DNA of 64,000 nucleotides from Octopus vulgaris. Its lineage: Eukaryota. Shown one piece after another: positions 1 to 13,418 of the stretch. Location: assembly GCA_951406725.2 (NCBI GenBank), contig OX597815.1:5580001-5644000 (forward strand), written 5' to 3'. The stretch's first letter is position 1. Each line of letters opens with the position of its first letter. Under the pieces are notes generated by a model. That model saw only the letters and a program-made list of their open reading frames with translations, was not told where the DNA came from and ran no database searches. A program made the position numbers and the translations under genes.

Positions 1-244
1 ATCAAAGAGGCAGTCAATGGAATGGTGCCACTCTACGTCACCACCACCGAAAAAGTTTAAGACGCAAAAGTCAGCTGCAAAAATCATGGCGACTGTCTTT
101 TGGGATGCTCAAGGGGTCATTCTTGCCAAAAGGAAAAACAATAAACTCGTAATAAGCTTCGTTTTGATGTATGATACATGTTCCTGTGTTGGTAATTATA
201 CCTATCCTAAACAAAATGACAATATTTTTTGACTCACCATCATA
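1..244 (+). mobile_element. mariner (Tc1/mariner) transposon remnant
   Basis: SKRQSMEWCHSTSPPPKKFKTQKSAAKIMATVFWDAQGVIL matches the mariner transposase segment following the first catalytic Asp; truncated at about 125. Confidence 0.85.
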
Positions 245-360
245 TATCATGACTCATACAATGTTCACTTTCCTGACTTTTGTACATAATTCTATGTACT
301 GTATGTGCACCTTTGATGAGTTGTAGGGCACCTGAGCACTATACGCAATAATTTCATTGT
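245..360 (+). mobile_element. CR1-type LINE 3' tail fragment
   Basis: gatgagttgtagggcacctgagcact..caataatttc matches the tail following the CR1 ORF end at 11670-11710 and (inverted) at 39210-39330. Confidence 0.6.
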
Positions 361-364
361 ATAT

Positions 365-720
365 TAATTTATTGACCCTGAAAGGATGAAAGGCAAAGTT
401 GACCTCGGCAGAATTTGAACTCAGAACGTAGCAGTAGGCGAAATACCTGTTTCTTTACTACCCACAAGGGGCTAAACACAGAGGGGACAAACAAGGACAG
501 ACAAACGGATTAAGTCGATTACATCGACCCCAGAACGTAACTGGTACTTATTTAACTGACCCCCAAAAGATGAAAGGCAAAGTCGACCTCGGTGGAATTT
601 GAACTCAGAATGTAACGGCAGAGGAAATACCGCTAAGCATTTTGCCCGGTGTGCTAACGTTTCTGCCAGCTCACCGCCTTCGTAGCAGACAAAATACCAT
701 TAAGCATTTCGCCATACAAA
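365..720 (-). mobile_element. SINE family B (tRNA-like head), tandem copies
   Basis: Reverse complement of ggcggtgagctggcagaaacgttagcac...gagttcaaattcc...gcctttcatcctttcggggtcgataaattaagtaccag. Further copies at about 2790-2995, 5015-5225, 10785-11010, 21950-22405, 23410-23612, 28706-29105, 38820-38960, 62445-62770. Confidence 0.8.
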
Positions 721-1047
721 GGGTCAATAAATACCTATACACAGGTAAAATAATAATAATTATTATCATTACATTTGTACATCAATCAAATCTAATAAAA
801 TTTATAATGGAAAAGTAATTCTACAAATCAGTCCAAAAATGTTTCTACACTTGTTGGGTTTGACAATGAAATTTTTCAGGAGGACGTTCAAGGCCTTTTG
901 ATTACCCCACAAAAGTTTTAGGGGGTGAGCTTGCACCGACACCATACCCACTGCATCCTTTATTCCCAAGCTTGTGGTTACAACTGTTGTTTAATCCTGG
1001 GTCACCCTTGATTGAAGAGATTCATGATCAAAGGTATTCCTAGTTTG

Positions 1048-1212
1048 AGGCGTAGGAGGGGCTGAGTGGTAAGTAGCTTGCTTACCAACCACATGGTTCC
1101 GGGTTCAGTCCTACTGCATGGCACTTTGGACAAGTGTCTTCTACTATAGCCTCGGGCTGACCAAAGCCTTGTGAGTGGATTTGGTAGACGGAAACTGAAA
1201 GAAGCCTATTGT

Positions 1213-1253
<41 letters not shown>

Positions 1254-1359
1254 TATGTATGTATGTATAAATATATATATATATATATATGTTTGTATAT
1301 ATATGTCTGTTTGTTTTGTACACCACCTGTCTTCGTCTTTTGTTTTTTTCGTAAACTCT

Positions 1360-1444
<85 letters not shown>

Positions 1445-1655
1445 TATATTTTTGTGTGTCTGTGTTTGTCCCCGCAACATCCCTTGACAACCGATGCTGG
1501 TGTGTTTACGTCCCCATAACTTAGCGGTTCGGCAAAAGGAACCGATAGAATAAGTACTAGGTTTACAAAGAGTAAGTCCTGGGGTCGATTTGCTCAACTA
1601 AAGGCAGTGCTCCAGCATGGCGGCAGTCAACTGACTGAAACAAGTAAAAGAGTAG
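1048..1655 (+). mobile_element. SINE family A (tRNA-like head, internal TA/TG microsatellite, gtaaaaga tail)
   Basis: A-box/B-box-like head ggctgagtggtaag...ggttcagtcc; body repeated more than 15 times in the window. Confidence 0.85.
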
Positions 1656-1746
1656 AGTATTCCAATTATTGTACATTGAATATTACACTGAGACTGGCAA
1701 ATGCCTTTTTCCTTATTACAAGATGGTCAGGCGTTCATTTTTTCTA

Positions 1747-1957
1747 TTAGATTGGTGCATAATTATCATGGCTTTCAATAAATTTTATTCAACAATAACA
1801 ACATGTAATAAATACGTCTTTAAATTATTATTCCGGAGCATATTCACCATCTACCTCAATTACTGCTTGGAATTTTGTTTAAATTGGCATTTTGTTGAAA
1901 GTTTTTGTTGAATAAAATTTACTGAAAAAAAGCTGCGATAATTATGCACCAACCTAA
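1747..1957. mobile_element. mariner-type MITE
   Basis: TIRs ttagattggtgcataattatc / gataattatgcaccaacctaa, flanked by TA on both sides. Confidence 0.8.
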
Positions 1958-3019
1958 TAAGATCTGACTGCTATTTCTAAAAGGTCAACCAATCACATAA
2001 CATCTTCCTGATTGACTTTTCCATGGCTGTGTGGTAAGTAGCTTGCTTCCCAACCACATGGTTCCGGGATCAGTCCCACTACGTGGCACCTTGGGCAAGT
2101 GTCTTCTACTATAGCCTCAGGCCGACCAAAGCCTTGTGAGTGGATTTGGTAGACTGAAACTGAAAGAAACTAGTTGTATAAGACACTTGCCCAAGGTGCC
2201 ACGCAGTGGGAATGAACCCGGAACCATGTGGTTGGTAAGCAAGCTACTTACTACACAGCCATGGTAGCAGGGAAGTGTATCAGACTGCCAGAAGGGAAGC
2301 TAGGAGACAGGTTTATTTAGCCAGAGGGGAAGCAGATAAGAAAAAATTTGCCAATGTTCTGTGCCATGTGTGTGTGTAAATGTTTGTGTGTCTGTGTTTG
2401 TCCCCACAACATCGCTTGACAACCGATGCAGGTGTGTTTATGTCCCCATAACCTAAAGGTTCGGCAAAAGAGCCCAATAGAATAAGTATTAGGTCTACAA
2501 AGAATAAGTCCTGGGGGCGATTTGCTCAACTAAAGGCGGTGCTCCAGCATGGCCGCAGTCAAATAACTGAAACAAGTAAAAGAGCAAAAAGAGTAATATA
2601 TCTGTTGAATGAATTACTGTAGACTAGGTCTGTACTGATCTTTCCTGAGGGAAGGGATCTACAAGGCTGTGCAAGGGGTCAATAAACACCTCTGAGCATT
2701 AAAGGTGCTGAATTATTGGTGAATTGAATCTGGAAGCACGCGAGTAATTCAAGGCTAAAACTCCCTAATTTCCAGCCAAATACTGGATTCGAATTTTGAC
2801 ACAAGGCCAGCAAATTTGCGGAAGGGATAAGACAATTACATTGACCCCCAGTACATGACTGGTACTTATTTTAATGACCTTGAAAGGAAGAAAGTCAGAG
2901 TTGACCTCAGCAGAATTTGAACTCAGAACATAAAGATTGATGAGATGCGGATAAGCATTTTTGCCCAGCTTCCTAACAATTTTGTCAGCTTTTCACCTGA
3001 AATATCAATTGAATATTAG

Positions 3020-3425
3020 CCTACATGAGGCTCATCACTCCAAAGTATCTCAGCCACTTTTCCTCCATGAGGCCCAACACTCCAAAGGAACTCAGCCACT
3101 TTGCCTCCATGAGGCCCAACACTTCAAAGGAACTCGGCCACTTTGCCTCCATGAGGCCCATCACTCCAAAGGAACTCAGCCACTTTGCCTCCATGAGGCC
3201 CAACACTTGAAAAGATCTCAGCCACTTTGCCTCCATGAGGCCCATCACTCCAAAGGAACTCAGCCACTTTGCCTCCATGAGGCCCATCACTCCAAAGGAA
3301 CTCAGCCACTTTGCCTCCATGAGGCCCATCACTCCAAAGGAACTCAGCCACTTTGCCTCCATGAGGCCCATCACTCCAAAGGAACTCAGCCACTTTGCCT
3401 CCATGAGGCCCAATACTTGAAAGGA
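3020..3425. repeat. 39-bp minisatellite, about 10 copies
   Basis: Unit cctccatgaggcccatcactccaaaggaactcagccactttg, giving the 13-aa periodic ORFs in the track. Confidence 0.95.
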
Positions 3426-4489
3426 ATTATTGTTTGTCAATGAAGCAATTTTTTTTTTATTTAATAATACTTTTTAATTCTGTTTTAGAAATTTACATGT
3501 TGGGGCCTGATATGTTATCAAATATTCTATGAAATGGTCAGTGATACAAGAAGTTTACCAAACCCTGCTGTAGACTGATAAACACATAATTGGAATAAAG
3601 ATACGGTCATGAGGGGCTTTTATTGATGAAGATTGACCATCATCTGTAGAGGTGTGGGTGTGTTGTAAAAAGCTGACTTCCCAACCACATGGTTTTAGGT
3701 TCAATCCCACTGTGTGACACATTAAGCAAGTGTCTTCTACTATAGCCTTGGGCTGACCAAAGCATTGTGAGTGGATTTGGTAAACAGAAACTAAAAAAGC
3801 TTGTCCTAAATGTGTGTGCATGTGTGTGTGTGACTTTGTGTCTGTTTGTCCCCACCAGCGCTTGACAACCAATGTTGGTGTGTTTACATACCCAAAACTT
3901 AGCGATTCAACAAAAGAGATTGATAGAATAAGTACCAGGCTTTAAAAAAATAACTCCGGAGGTTTAAATCTTTTGACTAAGAATTCTTCAAGACAGAGCC
4001 CCAAATCAACATATTCTTATCAAAATGTGGTTTTAAAACTTCTTTTATGATTGAAAATTTCAACTGCATCTTAGTCTCTTCTCTCTCTCCTTCCATTTCA
4101 TCTTTGTTTACTGTCTCTATTTCATTAGACTAAATCTTTCTCTTTCCTTATAACTTTTCTCTCCCTCTTCACCATAGTTTCCTTCCTTGCAACTTCCTCC
4201 CCCACTCTCTCTCTCTCAACTGCTTCTATTTAATTGATTAGAAAGATTTTCTTTAAGATACTCTGAGAATATTTGTGAACATTTTTAGACTGTATTTATC
4301 ATATCAAAATTTCATAGGAATATTTCAAGTTTCTTTCAGTTATTCATTAATGTGCATAATACAATACATTTAATGCACTATTTATTTCCACATTAAAGAT
4401 TTTCAACTCAACATTTACAAGCAGAAAACTGCCCAGAGGCAGTATTTCTGCTAATAATAATAATGATAATAATAATAATAATAATAATA

Positions 4490-4975
4490 AAGACTTCAGA
4501 CAAAAATCATGCCTCCTCATTGATATGACTGTCCCAATCCATATAAACATATCTGTCAAGACCTACCAAAAACTGAGCAAATATAAGTATCTTGAAATAG
4601 AAATTAGTAAAATGTGGAACCTGAAGACTAAAACAATACCTGTTGTCATAGGTGCCCTGGGAATGATAGCAAAAGGGGCTGATTGCTACCTAGCCCAGAT
4701 ACCAGGAAACCCCAAAATGGCAGAAATTAAAAAGTTAGTGCTCATGGGAACTGCTCATATCCTACGCAAAATACTTTCTATGTAATCTCAAGTTTTAAAA
4801 CAAACATAATTTTCGTATGGTTTTTTAGGCATTCACTAGTACAACACTAAGTACAAAACCAAATATATGGCACCATAGGCATAACCCCAATATGAACTTC
4901 CAACTTGTTGTCTCTTGAGGTCTCTGGGTGAGACTTGGAGCCAGCTTGTGCAAATGTAAAGCAAAAGTCAAACAG
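4490..4975 (+). mobile_element. R4/Dong-clade non-LTR retrotransposon 3' end
   Basis: CLLIDMTVP...K.SKY..LEIEI..MW...T..IPVVIGALG...VLMGTAHILRKILS is a restriction-like endonuclease C-terminus; (TAA)n flanks both sides. Confidence 0.85.
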
Positions 4976-5774
4976 AATAATAATAATAATTATAATAATA
5001 ATAATAATAATAATAGTTTCAAATTTTGACACAAGGCCAGCAAGTTTTGGGGGAGGAGTAAATTGATTACATTGATCCCAGTACTTAACTGGTACTCATT
5101 TTATCGACTCCCCCCAAAAGGATGAAAGGCAAAGTTAACCTCAGCAAAATTTGAATTCAGAACGTGAAGATAGATGAAGTGCCACTAAGCATTTTGCCTG
5201 CCATGCAAATGATCCAGCTTGCTTACTGCAGTAATAATAATAATAATAATAATGATAATAATAATAATGATCGCCTTACTGGCACCTGTGCCGGTGGCAT
5301 GTGTTAAAAACATTCGAGCGATGTCGTTGCCAGTACCGCCTGACTGGACCCTGTGCCGGTGGCACATAAAAGCACCCACTACACTCTCGGAGTGGTTGGC
5401 GTTAGGAAGGGCATCCAGCTATAGAAACTCTGCCAGACCAAGATTGGAGCCTGGTGCAGCCATCTGGTTTGCCAGTCCTCAGTCAAATCATCCAACTATC
5501 GATCTATTTTATTCAAGGTATTTTATACAAACACTACCTACTTTGCCTACCCAGGCAGCACATCCCTGATATTTATATATATATAAGAAAAAAGAGGGAT
5601 TTCACTAATTTTGATCACCTTGAAAACATTGTGTTAACATGTATTTTCGGAAATATTAACTTCAATGATATTTTCTCTATCTGAATGTGTTGATATGATA
5701 GAAACAATTGTCAGCTATGTAAGGTGAATTCTATAATTAAAGATGTCAGTTTCTCTATACGCATTTTTGTTATA

Positions 5775-6625
5775 CAGGGTGTTCAAAAAATCTCTCCGCA
5801 GTAAGTATTATATTGCAAAAATAAATATTTACAAGATGGTATAAAGACAACAAAAGAATATATTAGACTTTACAAGACTTTAAAAAACTTTATAAAAGGT
5901 GTTGAAAATGTTGTCCTTCATTTTCAATACATAGGTTGACTCTTCTACATGTTTTGAAATATATCTTGGAGGGAAAAAATTCACTGCGGAGAGACTTTTT
6001 GAACACCTTATATACAGTTATCGTGTCCATGACACGTAAAAAGCACCAACCGATTGTGGCCGTTTGCCAGCCTCCTCTGGCCCCTTTGCCGGTGGCATGT
6101 AAAATGTACCCACTACACTCATGGAGTGGTTGGCGTTAGGAAGGGCATCCAGCTGTAGAAATATTGCCAGATCAGACTGGAGCCTGGTGCAGCCACCTGG
6201 CTTCCCAGACCCCGGGTCGAACCGTCCAACCCATGCTAGCATAGAAAATGGACGTTAAACGACGATGATGATGATGATGATGATGACAGGGTGTTCAAAA
6301 TGTCTCTCCATGGTAAGTGTTTTATTGCAAAATAAATATTTATAAGATGGTATAAAGACTTATAAAAGAATATATTAAACTTTACAAGACTTTAAAAAAC
6401 TTTATAAGAGGTGCTAAAAATGTCGTTCTTAATTTTCAATACAAAAGTTGACTCTTGGAGAGAAAAAATCCACTGCGGAGAGACTTTTTGAACACCCTAT
6501 ATACAGTTATATAGGGTGTTCAAAAAGTCTCTCCGCAGTAAGTATTTTATTGCAAAAATAAATATTTATAAGATGGTATAAGACAACAAAAGAATATATT
6601 AGACTTTACAAGACTCTAAAAAACT
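5775..6625. mobile_element. Tandem Tc1/mariner-type MITEs with an inserted family C retroposon (composite, copy 1)
   Basis: MITEs with cagggtgttcaaaaa TIRs at 5775-6010, 6287-6499 and 6512-6625 (truncated); family C copy at 6022-6286. Confidence 0.85.
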
Positions 6626-6919
6626 TGCAAATTACTTGATGTCCCTGTCGGCAATGGTGCCATGTTAGAAAACACTCAGTACACTCGGTAAAATGGTTGG
6701 CGTTAGGAAGAGCATCCAGCCATAGAAACGATGCCAAAACTGAATACAGAGTCTGGTGATACCTTTGGCCTTGCCACCTCCTCTCAAACCATTCAACCCA
6801 TTACAACATGGAAAATGGACATTCCTGCAGTTTTCAAGACATCAACTTTAAAATGCTGGTAATTGCTTCCATTTTGCTATTTTGGATGAGAATACTCGTA
6901 ACACTATGAAGTTCTGTTG

Positions 6920-7165
6920 CAGGATAACTTGGTAATGAATGACAGATTCTGTGAGGTGTTCTTACAGGGTACTGTAATAGTGAATGATAATGGCCTTGTT
7001 ATTATAGCAGGGTACTTTAATGAATATATTGAGCAACCTTATGATGGTTTCTCCAAAGAGCATGACTGCTGTGGAAATGGTAAAAGGAATGAAGAAAGCT
7101 GGAGACTTTTGCAACTCTGCAAATGACCCACCATTTTGCAACTCTAACTTCAGGAAACTGATCAA
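6920..7165 (+). mobile_element. RTE LINE AP-endonuclease remnant
   Basis: LVIIAGYFN....G.G.RNEE..RLLQLC...NFRK resembles the GDFN / G.RN.EG..LL.FC / NT.FRK motifs; degenerate. Confidence 0.7.
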
Positions 7166-7167
7166 TT

Positions 7168-7572
7168 ACCTATTTCTTTACTGCCCAACAAGGGGCTACA
7201 CACAGAGAGGACAAACAAGGACAGACAAACGGATTAAGTCGATTACATCTACCTCAGTAGTACTTATTTAATCGACCCAGAAAGGATAAAAGGCAAAGTC
7301 AACCTCGGCAGAATTTGAACTCAGAACATAAAGACAGACGAAATATCTATTTCTTTACTACACACAAGGGGCTAAACACAGAGAGGACAGACAAACGGAT
7401 TAAGTCAAATATATGTACCCCAGTGCGTAACTGGTACTTATTTAATCGACTCCGAAAGGATGAAAGGGCAAAGTCGACCGCGGCAGAATTTGAACTCAGA
7501 ACGTATCAGCAGATGAAATACCGTTAAGCATTTCTCCCGGCGTGCTAACAGTTCTGCCAGCTCACCGCCTTT
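7168..7572 (-). mobile_element. SINE family B tandem
   Basis: Same family B sequence with a repeated 3' module (ggggctaaacacagag...acaaacggattaagtc). Confidence 0.8.
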
Positions 7573-7939
7573 AAACTGATCAATTACCAATAAGGTGAAA
7601 ACACAAGTCTGATATATTTTATACTCGCAAAGAAATATGATAAATGGAGAGTTTTGGATGTTAAGATTTACCCTCACTCGAATATGTCCTACACAAAACA
7701 GAAAAGAGATCAGAGGGATCAGAGTTAGAGGTGCAAGAAATCTGGGAAAGGAATGTCATTATTGTTTAAACACCCACTTTTCCATGCTTGCATGGGTCAG
7801 CTGGGTCATTGAGGTAGATTTTCTATGGCTGGATGCTCTTCCTGTCACTAACCTTTACCTGTTTCCAGACGTATTTCCAAACGATATTGCAAATGAATGA
7901 CACTGCTTGTATGACAGTGACACTCGTTTACAACTGCAT

Positions 7940-8262
7940 AAGGAGCGTTCCATCGGTTGCAATGACGAGAGTTCCAGCTGATACGATCAATAGAACAGCT
8001 TGCTCGTGAAATTAACGTGCAAGTGGCTGAGTAATCCACAGACACACGTACCCTTAATGTAGTTCTTGGGGAGATTCAGCATGACACAGAGTGTGACAAG
8101 GCTGACCCTTTGAAATACAGGTACAACTCATTTTTGCCAGTTGAGCGGACTGGAGCAATGTGAAATAAAGTGTCTTGCTCACGGACACAAGGCACTGCTA
8201 GGAATCGAACTCACAACCTTGCGACAGTGAGCTGAATACCCAAACCACTAAGCCACACGCCT
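7940..8262 (-). mobile_element. SINE family D (tRNA-like head, CORE-like middle)
   Basis: Reverse complement head ggcgtgtggcttagtggtttgggt...gagttcgattcc then gtgtccgtgagcaagacacttt. Other copies at about 19750-20065, 22650-22970, 29670-29860, 54238-54550. Confidence 0.75.
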
Positions 8263-8324
8263 TCTCTCGCTTACAACTATTACATAATGAAAAGAGGAGA
8301 GACTCACACACACATCATCAGCAT

Positions 8325-8882
8325 CATCGTTCGACCGTGGTCGAGACAGTGGAATTTACCATGCTACGCCAGACTTCACGGTCCATCATAGCATTACGGA
8401 GGTCCTGTTGCTGGATGCCTGTATTCCTTGAGATTACATCAGGGCAGGAGAGTATGCACCCTCTGGTATCGTGAGCAGATAGCTTCCAGAGGAGAAGAGT
8501 AGAAATTACCTAATTTTCAGCTCTACAACAATGTCCAGCAAACCGGACTCTCAAGAGATGATACAGGTGGTAGTTTCCCATATATTTGTTGTTTGGTTGG
8601 ATGACGCTTCCACGAGAAATTTTGAGCTCTCATAAGGAGGCGAGTGTAAGTTCCATCCAACCACCTCTCAAGCTTCTTTGATAACGTCCAGGTTTCTGAG
8701 CCATATAGTAGAATTGGTTCGACTGTGGCTTTCAAGATTTTAAGTTTGAAATCTCTACTTAGATTTGATGACCAGATCTTATGCATATCATTACAGGCTG
8801 ACCAGGCCATACCCTTTCTAGTTAGAAAATCTTTTTCAGTTGATGATATGTATGACCCAAGATATTTGTAATCAGAAACCAT
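8325..8882 (-). mobile_element. RTE-type LINE, reverse transcriptase C-terminal remnant
   Basis: YKYLGS...ILLYGSETWTLSKKLE..LDGTYTRLLMRA; frameshifted; GAT tail. Confidence 0.88.
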
Positions 8883-9965
8883 ATTTAAGAGCGTACAAAC
8901 AGGCTTCTTCTAGTTTCCATCTATCAAGTCTACTCAGAAAGCTTTGGTTGACCTGGAACTAAAGCAGAAGACACTTGCCCAAGGTGCCATGCAGTGGGAT
9001 TGAACTTGGGACGATGTGGTTAGAAAGCAAGTTTCTTAACCACACAGTCATGCCTGTCCCTCAAAATTAAAAGGGAGAAGATCCCTCAGCTAGAAATAGG
9101 CCCAGTGAAGTAGGACTAAGGTGACATGAATGTCCAGAATGAAAACCGGAAGATTCTAAGAGACAACCGACTGGCAACAACCAGAGGACAGGTGCTCTTA
9201 TCTTTTGTCTTTCTCTTACTTGTTTTGGTCATTAGACTGCGGCCATGCTGGGGCACTGCCTTGAAGAATTTTTAGCTGAAAGAATCAACTTTAGTACCTT
9301 TTTTTTTTATATAAGCATGGTACTTACTATATCGGTCTCTTTTACTGAACTGCTAAGTAATTGGGATGTAACCAAACCAACACTGGTTGTCAAGCAGTGA
9401 TGAGGGAATAAACAGACACACAGACACACACATAGACATATATAATATTGTGTGTGTGTGTGTACACATGACAGGCTTCTACTAAATCTATTTACAAGGT
9501 TTTGGTCTGTCCAAGACACTGACCAAAGACACTTGCCCAAGGTGCCACACAGTGGGACTGAACCCAGAACCGTTCAGCTGGGAAGCAAGCTTCTTACCAC
9601 ACAGCCATACCTGTGCCTGTTGGTGGAGAAAGCAAAGTCCCAGCCAGAGGGAACACAAGATGATAATGGAATGGTAAGTCATAAAAGCTAAGAGCCGAGC
9701 CTGGAAAGAATGGGGAGAGGGGAAAATGGGGCAGGGAATGAGGAAGAACACAATATCTGGCACTATGGAGGGACCCTGGACAACAGGCGTACTTAGAAAA
9801 GAGAAATGTGAAATATAAAACGTTTGCTAATGTTCTGTGATGTGAGGATCAATGTTCTGGAAGTCTTCTAGATTACCGAATTCTTTGTGTGTCAGTGTGA
9901 CTGGGAGCTTTGTTGCTGACAAAATGTGTGTGTGTGTGTGTGTGTAATGATAGTGGTGAACTTAC

Positions 9966-10032
9966 CTTGTCTGACATGAAGAAGGGGCTTAGAAAGGCTG
10001 CCACAGCAGGTTGATGACTGAGAAGTCTCCAT
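9966..10032 (-). CDS. candidate first coding exon of an unidentified gene
   Basis: ATG at 10032, METSQSSTCCGSLSKPLLHVRQ, then consensus donor AAG|GTAAGT (phase 1). Preceded by CT/CA-rich UTR-like sequence. No homology recognised. Confidence 0.4.
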
Positions 10033-10527
10033 GAGTTTGTTTGTGTGTGTACAGAGAGAGAGAGAGAGCTAGACAGACAGACAGACAGAGACTGTCACAA
10101 ATTAACTCAGCAGAGTGATTAATAAATAAACGAAGCCGAAGAAGACTGCCGTACACTTGAAAGCACACGTTGAGATATGAGGTCAGGTTAAGTTAAATGG
10201 ACCAGCAGCAGAAATAAGTTAGTCGAGATGCCAGGAATAGTTTCGTGGGGTAAATCATGTGTGTTAATCACTTACGTAAGAAAATTAGGGGTATTGTGAT
10301 TGCTATGGAAACTAAATGAGGGTGGCAGTGAACCACGACTGTTGACAGCTGTGTAAGCCATGATGATGATGATGATGATGATGACAATGATGGTGGTGGT
10401 GGTGGTAGTGGTGGTGATGTTATAGAGATAAAAAAATGATGATGATGATGATGATGACGATGATGATCATGCACTGATGACAGTGACTTTAATATGTTAC
10501 AGTCATATATATGTATAATTGTATATA

Positions 10528-10569
<42 letters not shown>

Positions 10570-11089
10570 TCCCCCCCACCACCCAACATTGCTTGACAAC
10601 CGATGCTGATGTGTTTACGTCCCCCATAACTTAACGGTTCGGCAAAAGAGACCAATAGAATAAGTACTGGGCTTACAAAGAATAAGTCCCGGGGTCGATT
10701 TGCTCGACTAAAGGCGGTGCTCCAGCATGGCCACAGTCAAATGACTGAAACAAGTAAAAGAGTAAAAGAGTTACCATGATAAAAGGCAGCAAGCTGGCAG
10801 AATTATTAGAACACTGGACCCTATGCTCTGCAGCTATTCTCCCAACTTTATGTTCTGAGTTCAAATGCCACTTAGGGCTAGCCTTGCCTTTCATCCTTTT
10901 GGGGTGGGAGATGGTTGATGAAATAAGTACCAGTCACGTATTGGGGTTGATGTAATCAACTAGACCCCTCCCCCAACATTTAAGGCCTTGCACCAAAATT
11001 CGAAACCGATGTTATTATGACAAAGATATTTCGTTAACTGCTTTAATTATAATTAATCAATCAAAAAATATGAGAAACAGTCACACAGA

Positions 11090-13170
11090 AAATATGTTTA
11101 TACACCCCCATCCCCTGCCCTGTTATATAGGGGGTTATATACACCCAGTTCAGTCATACTCTGCCATATGTTCAGAAAGGTTATATACAGTCATGTGTAC
11201 CAAAAGGGTGTATATACCCAATTGTACAGCAGGGATTATATTCAGCCATGTATGCAGAAATGGTATATACATCCAATTGTGTAGTATGAGTATATACATC
11301 CATATACAGTAATGTGTACAGAAGTGTGTATACATCCAGTTATACAGTGAGGTTATACCATATACAACCACTTGTACATTGGGTTTATATATAGCCAGTT
11401 ATAGAATGAGATTATATATCAACCACCTCACCAACAACAACACTGAACACCTTTTTGATCTCCATGTGTCTAACACACGTGGACATGCCTACAAAGTCAG
11501 CAAACAACACAGCTCCCATGACTTTCGGAAACATTTTTTCACGCTCAGAGTTGCTGAAGCATGGAATAAACTGCCTGCGTCAGTTGTTGACTGCCATGAC
11601 ACTGCATCCTTTAAGGCCCTCATGCTTCCCGAAATCCGTCGAAACTACACCTGATTATATATACACTTTAGATGAGTTGTAGTGCACCTGAGCACTGTAC
11701 ACAATTATTATTATTATACTCACTTATACAGTGAAATTGTATATAGCCAATTAGACAATAAGATTATATATACCCACTTGTACAGTGAAATTTTATATAG
11801 CCAGTTATACAATGATATTATATATACCCACTTGTACAGTGAATTTATATATAGCCATTTATACAATGAGATTATATACACCCACTTGTACAGTGAGGTT
11901 ATATATAGCCAGTTATACAATGAGATTATATACACCCACTTGTACAGAGAATTTATATATAGCCAGTTATACAATGAGATTATATATATACCCACTTGTA
12001 CAGTGAAATTATATACACCCATTTGTACAGTGAGAATATATATACCCACTTGTATAGTGAATTTATATATAGCCAGTTATACAATGAGATTATATACACC
12101 CACTTGTACAGTGAATTTATATATAGCTAGTTATACAATGAGATTATGTACACCCACTTGTACAGTGAAACTATATATAGCCAATTATACAATGAGATGA
12201 TATACACCCTCTTGTACAGTGGGTTTATATATAGCCAGTTATACAATGAGATTATATACACCCACTTGTACAGTGAAATTATATACACCCAGATGTACAG
12301 TGAGATTATATATACCAACTTGTACAGTGAAATTATATATAGCCAGTTATACAATGAGATTATATATAGCCACTTGTACAGTGAATTTATATATAGTCAG
12401 TTATACAATGAGATTATATATACCCACTTGTACAGTGAAATTATATATAGCCAGTTATACAATGAGATTATATACACCCACTTGTACAGTGAAATTATAT
12501 ATAGCCAGTTACACAATGAGATTATATATACCCACTTGTACAGTGTGGTTATATATAGCCAATGAGATTATATATACCCACTTGTTCAGTGAGGTTATAT
12601 ATAGTTAGTTATACAATGAGATTATATATACCCACTTGTACAGTGAATTTATATATAGCTAGTTATACAATGAGATTATATAGACCCACTTGTACAGTGA
12701 ATTTATATATAGCCAGTAATACAATGAGATTATATACACCCACTTGTACAGTGAAATTTATATATAGCCAGTAATACAATGAGATTATATACACCCACTT
12801 GTACAGTGAATTTATATATAGCCAGTTATACAATGAGATTATATACACCCACTTGTACAGTGAAATTATATATAGCCAATTATACAATGAGATTATATAC
12901 ACCCACTTGTACAGTGAAATTATATATAGCCAATTATACAATGAGATTATATACACCCACTTGTACAGTGAAATTATATATAGCCAGTTATACAATGAGA
13001 TTATATACACCCACTTGTACAGTGAATTTATATATAGCCAGTTATACAATGAGATTATATACACCCACTTGTACAGTTAATATATATATATATATAGCCA
13101 ATTACACAATGAGATTATATATACCCAGATGTACAGTGAAATTATATACACCCAGATGTACAGTGAGGTT
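11090..13170. repeat. 27-bp-based satellite forming a 54-bp dimeric higher-order repeat
   Basis: Unit cccacttgtacagtgaaattatatata + gccagttatacaatgagattatataca; homogeneous at 11720-13170, degenerate at 11090-11420. Confidence 0.95.
11420..11715 (+). mobile_element. CR1-type LINE 3' end inserted in the satellite
   Basis: NTRGHAYKV.KQ.....RKHFFTLRVAEAWNKLP..VV is a typical CR1/L2 ORF2 C-terminus; ATT tail. Confidence 0.88.
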
Positions 13171-13418
13171 ACATAAGCTAATACACTCTCTTTCCTAAAT
13201 AGCAAAGGTTGAAGTGACACTACCTTTGGAGAGTTTCCAATAATTAAGGTGTGTTTCATGTAATATTTTTCATACCTTATGAACAACACTGTGGAAGCAA
13301 TTAAGGCCTCAGATATAAATATAACGTGGAGTGGGGTGGGGTGGGGGAATGATGCTGTGAAGTTTAAAATGAGGAAATGATAGAAATTGAAAGATGAAGG
13401 AAAAAACTCGGTAGTTAC

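Noticed and set aside
2961-3443. 13-aa repeat protein (LCLHEAHHSKGTQP)
   Set aside because: Open in several frames on both strands; explained by the 39-bp TE-derived minisatellite.
3558-3643. Possible minus-strand exon (DGQSSSIKAPHDRIFIPIMCLSVYSRVW)
   Set aside because: The AG abuts a SINE head, the polypyrimidine tract is poor, and no homology was recognised.
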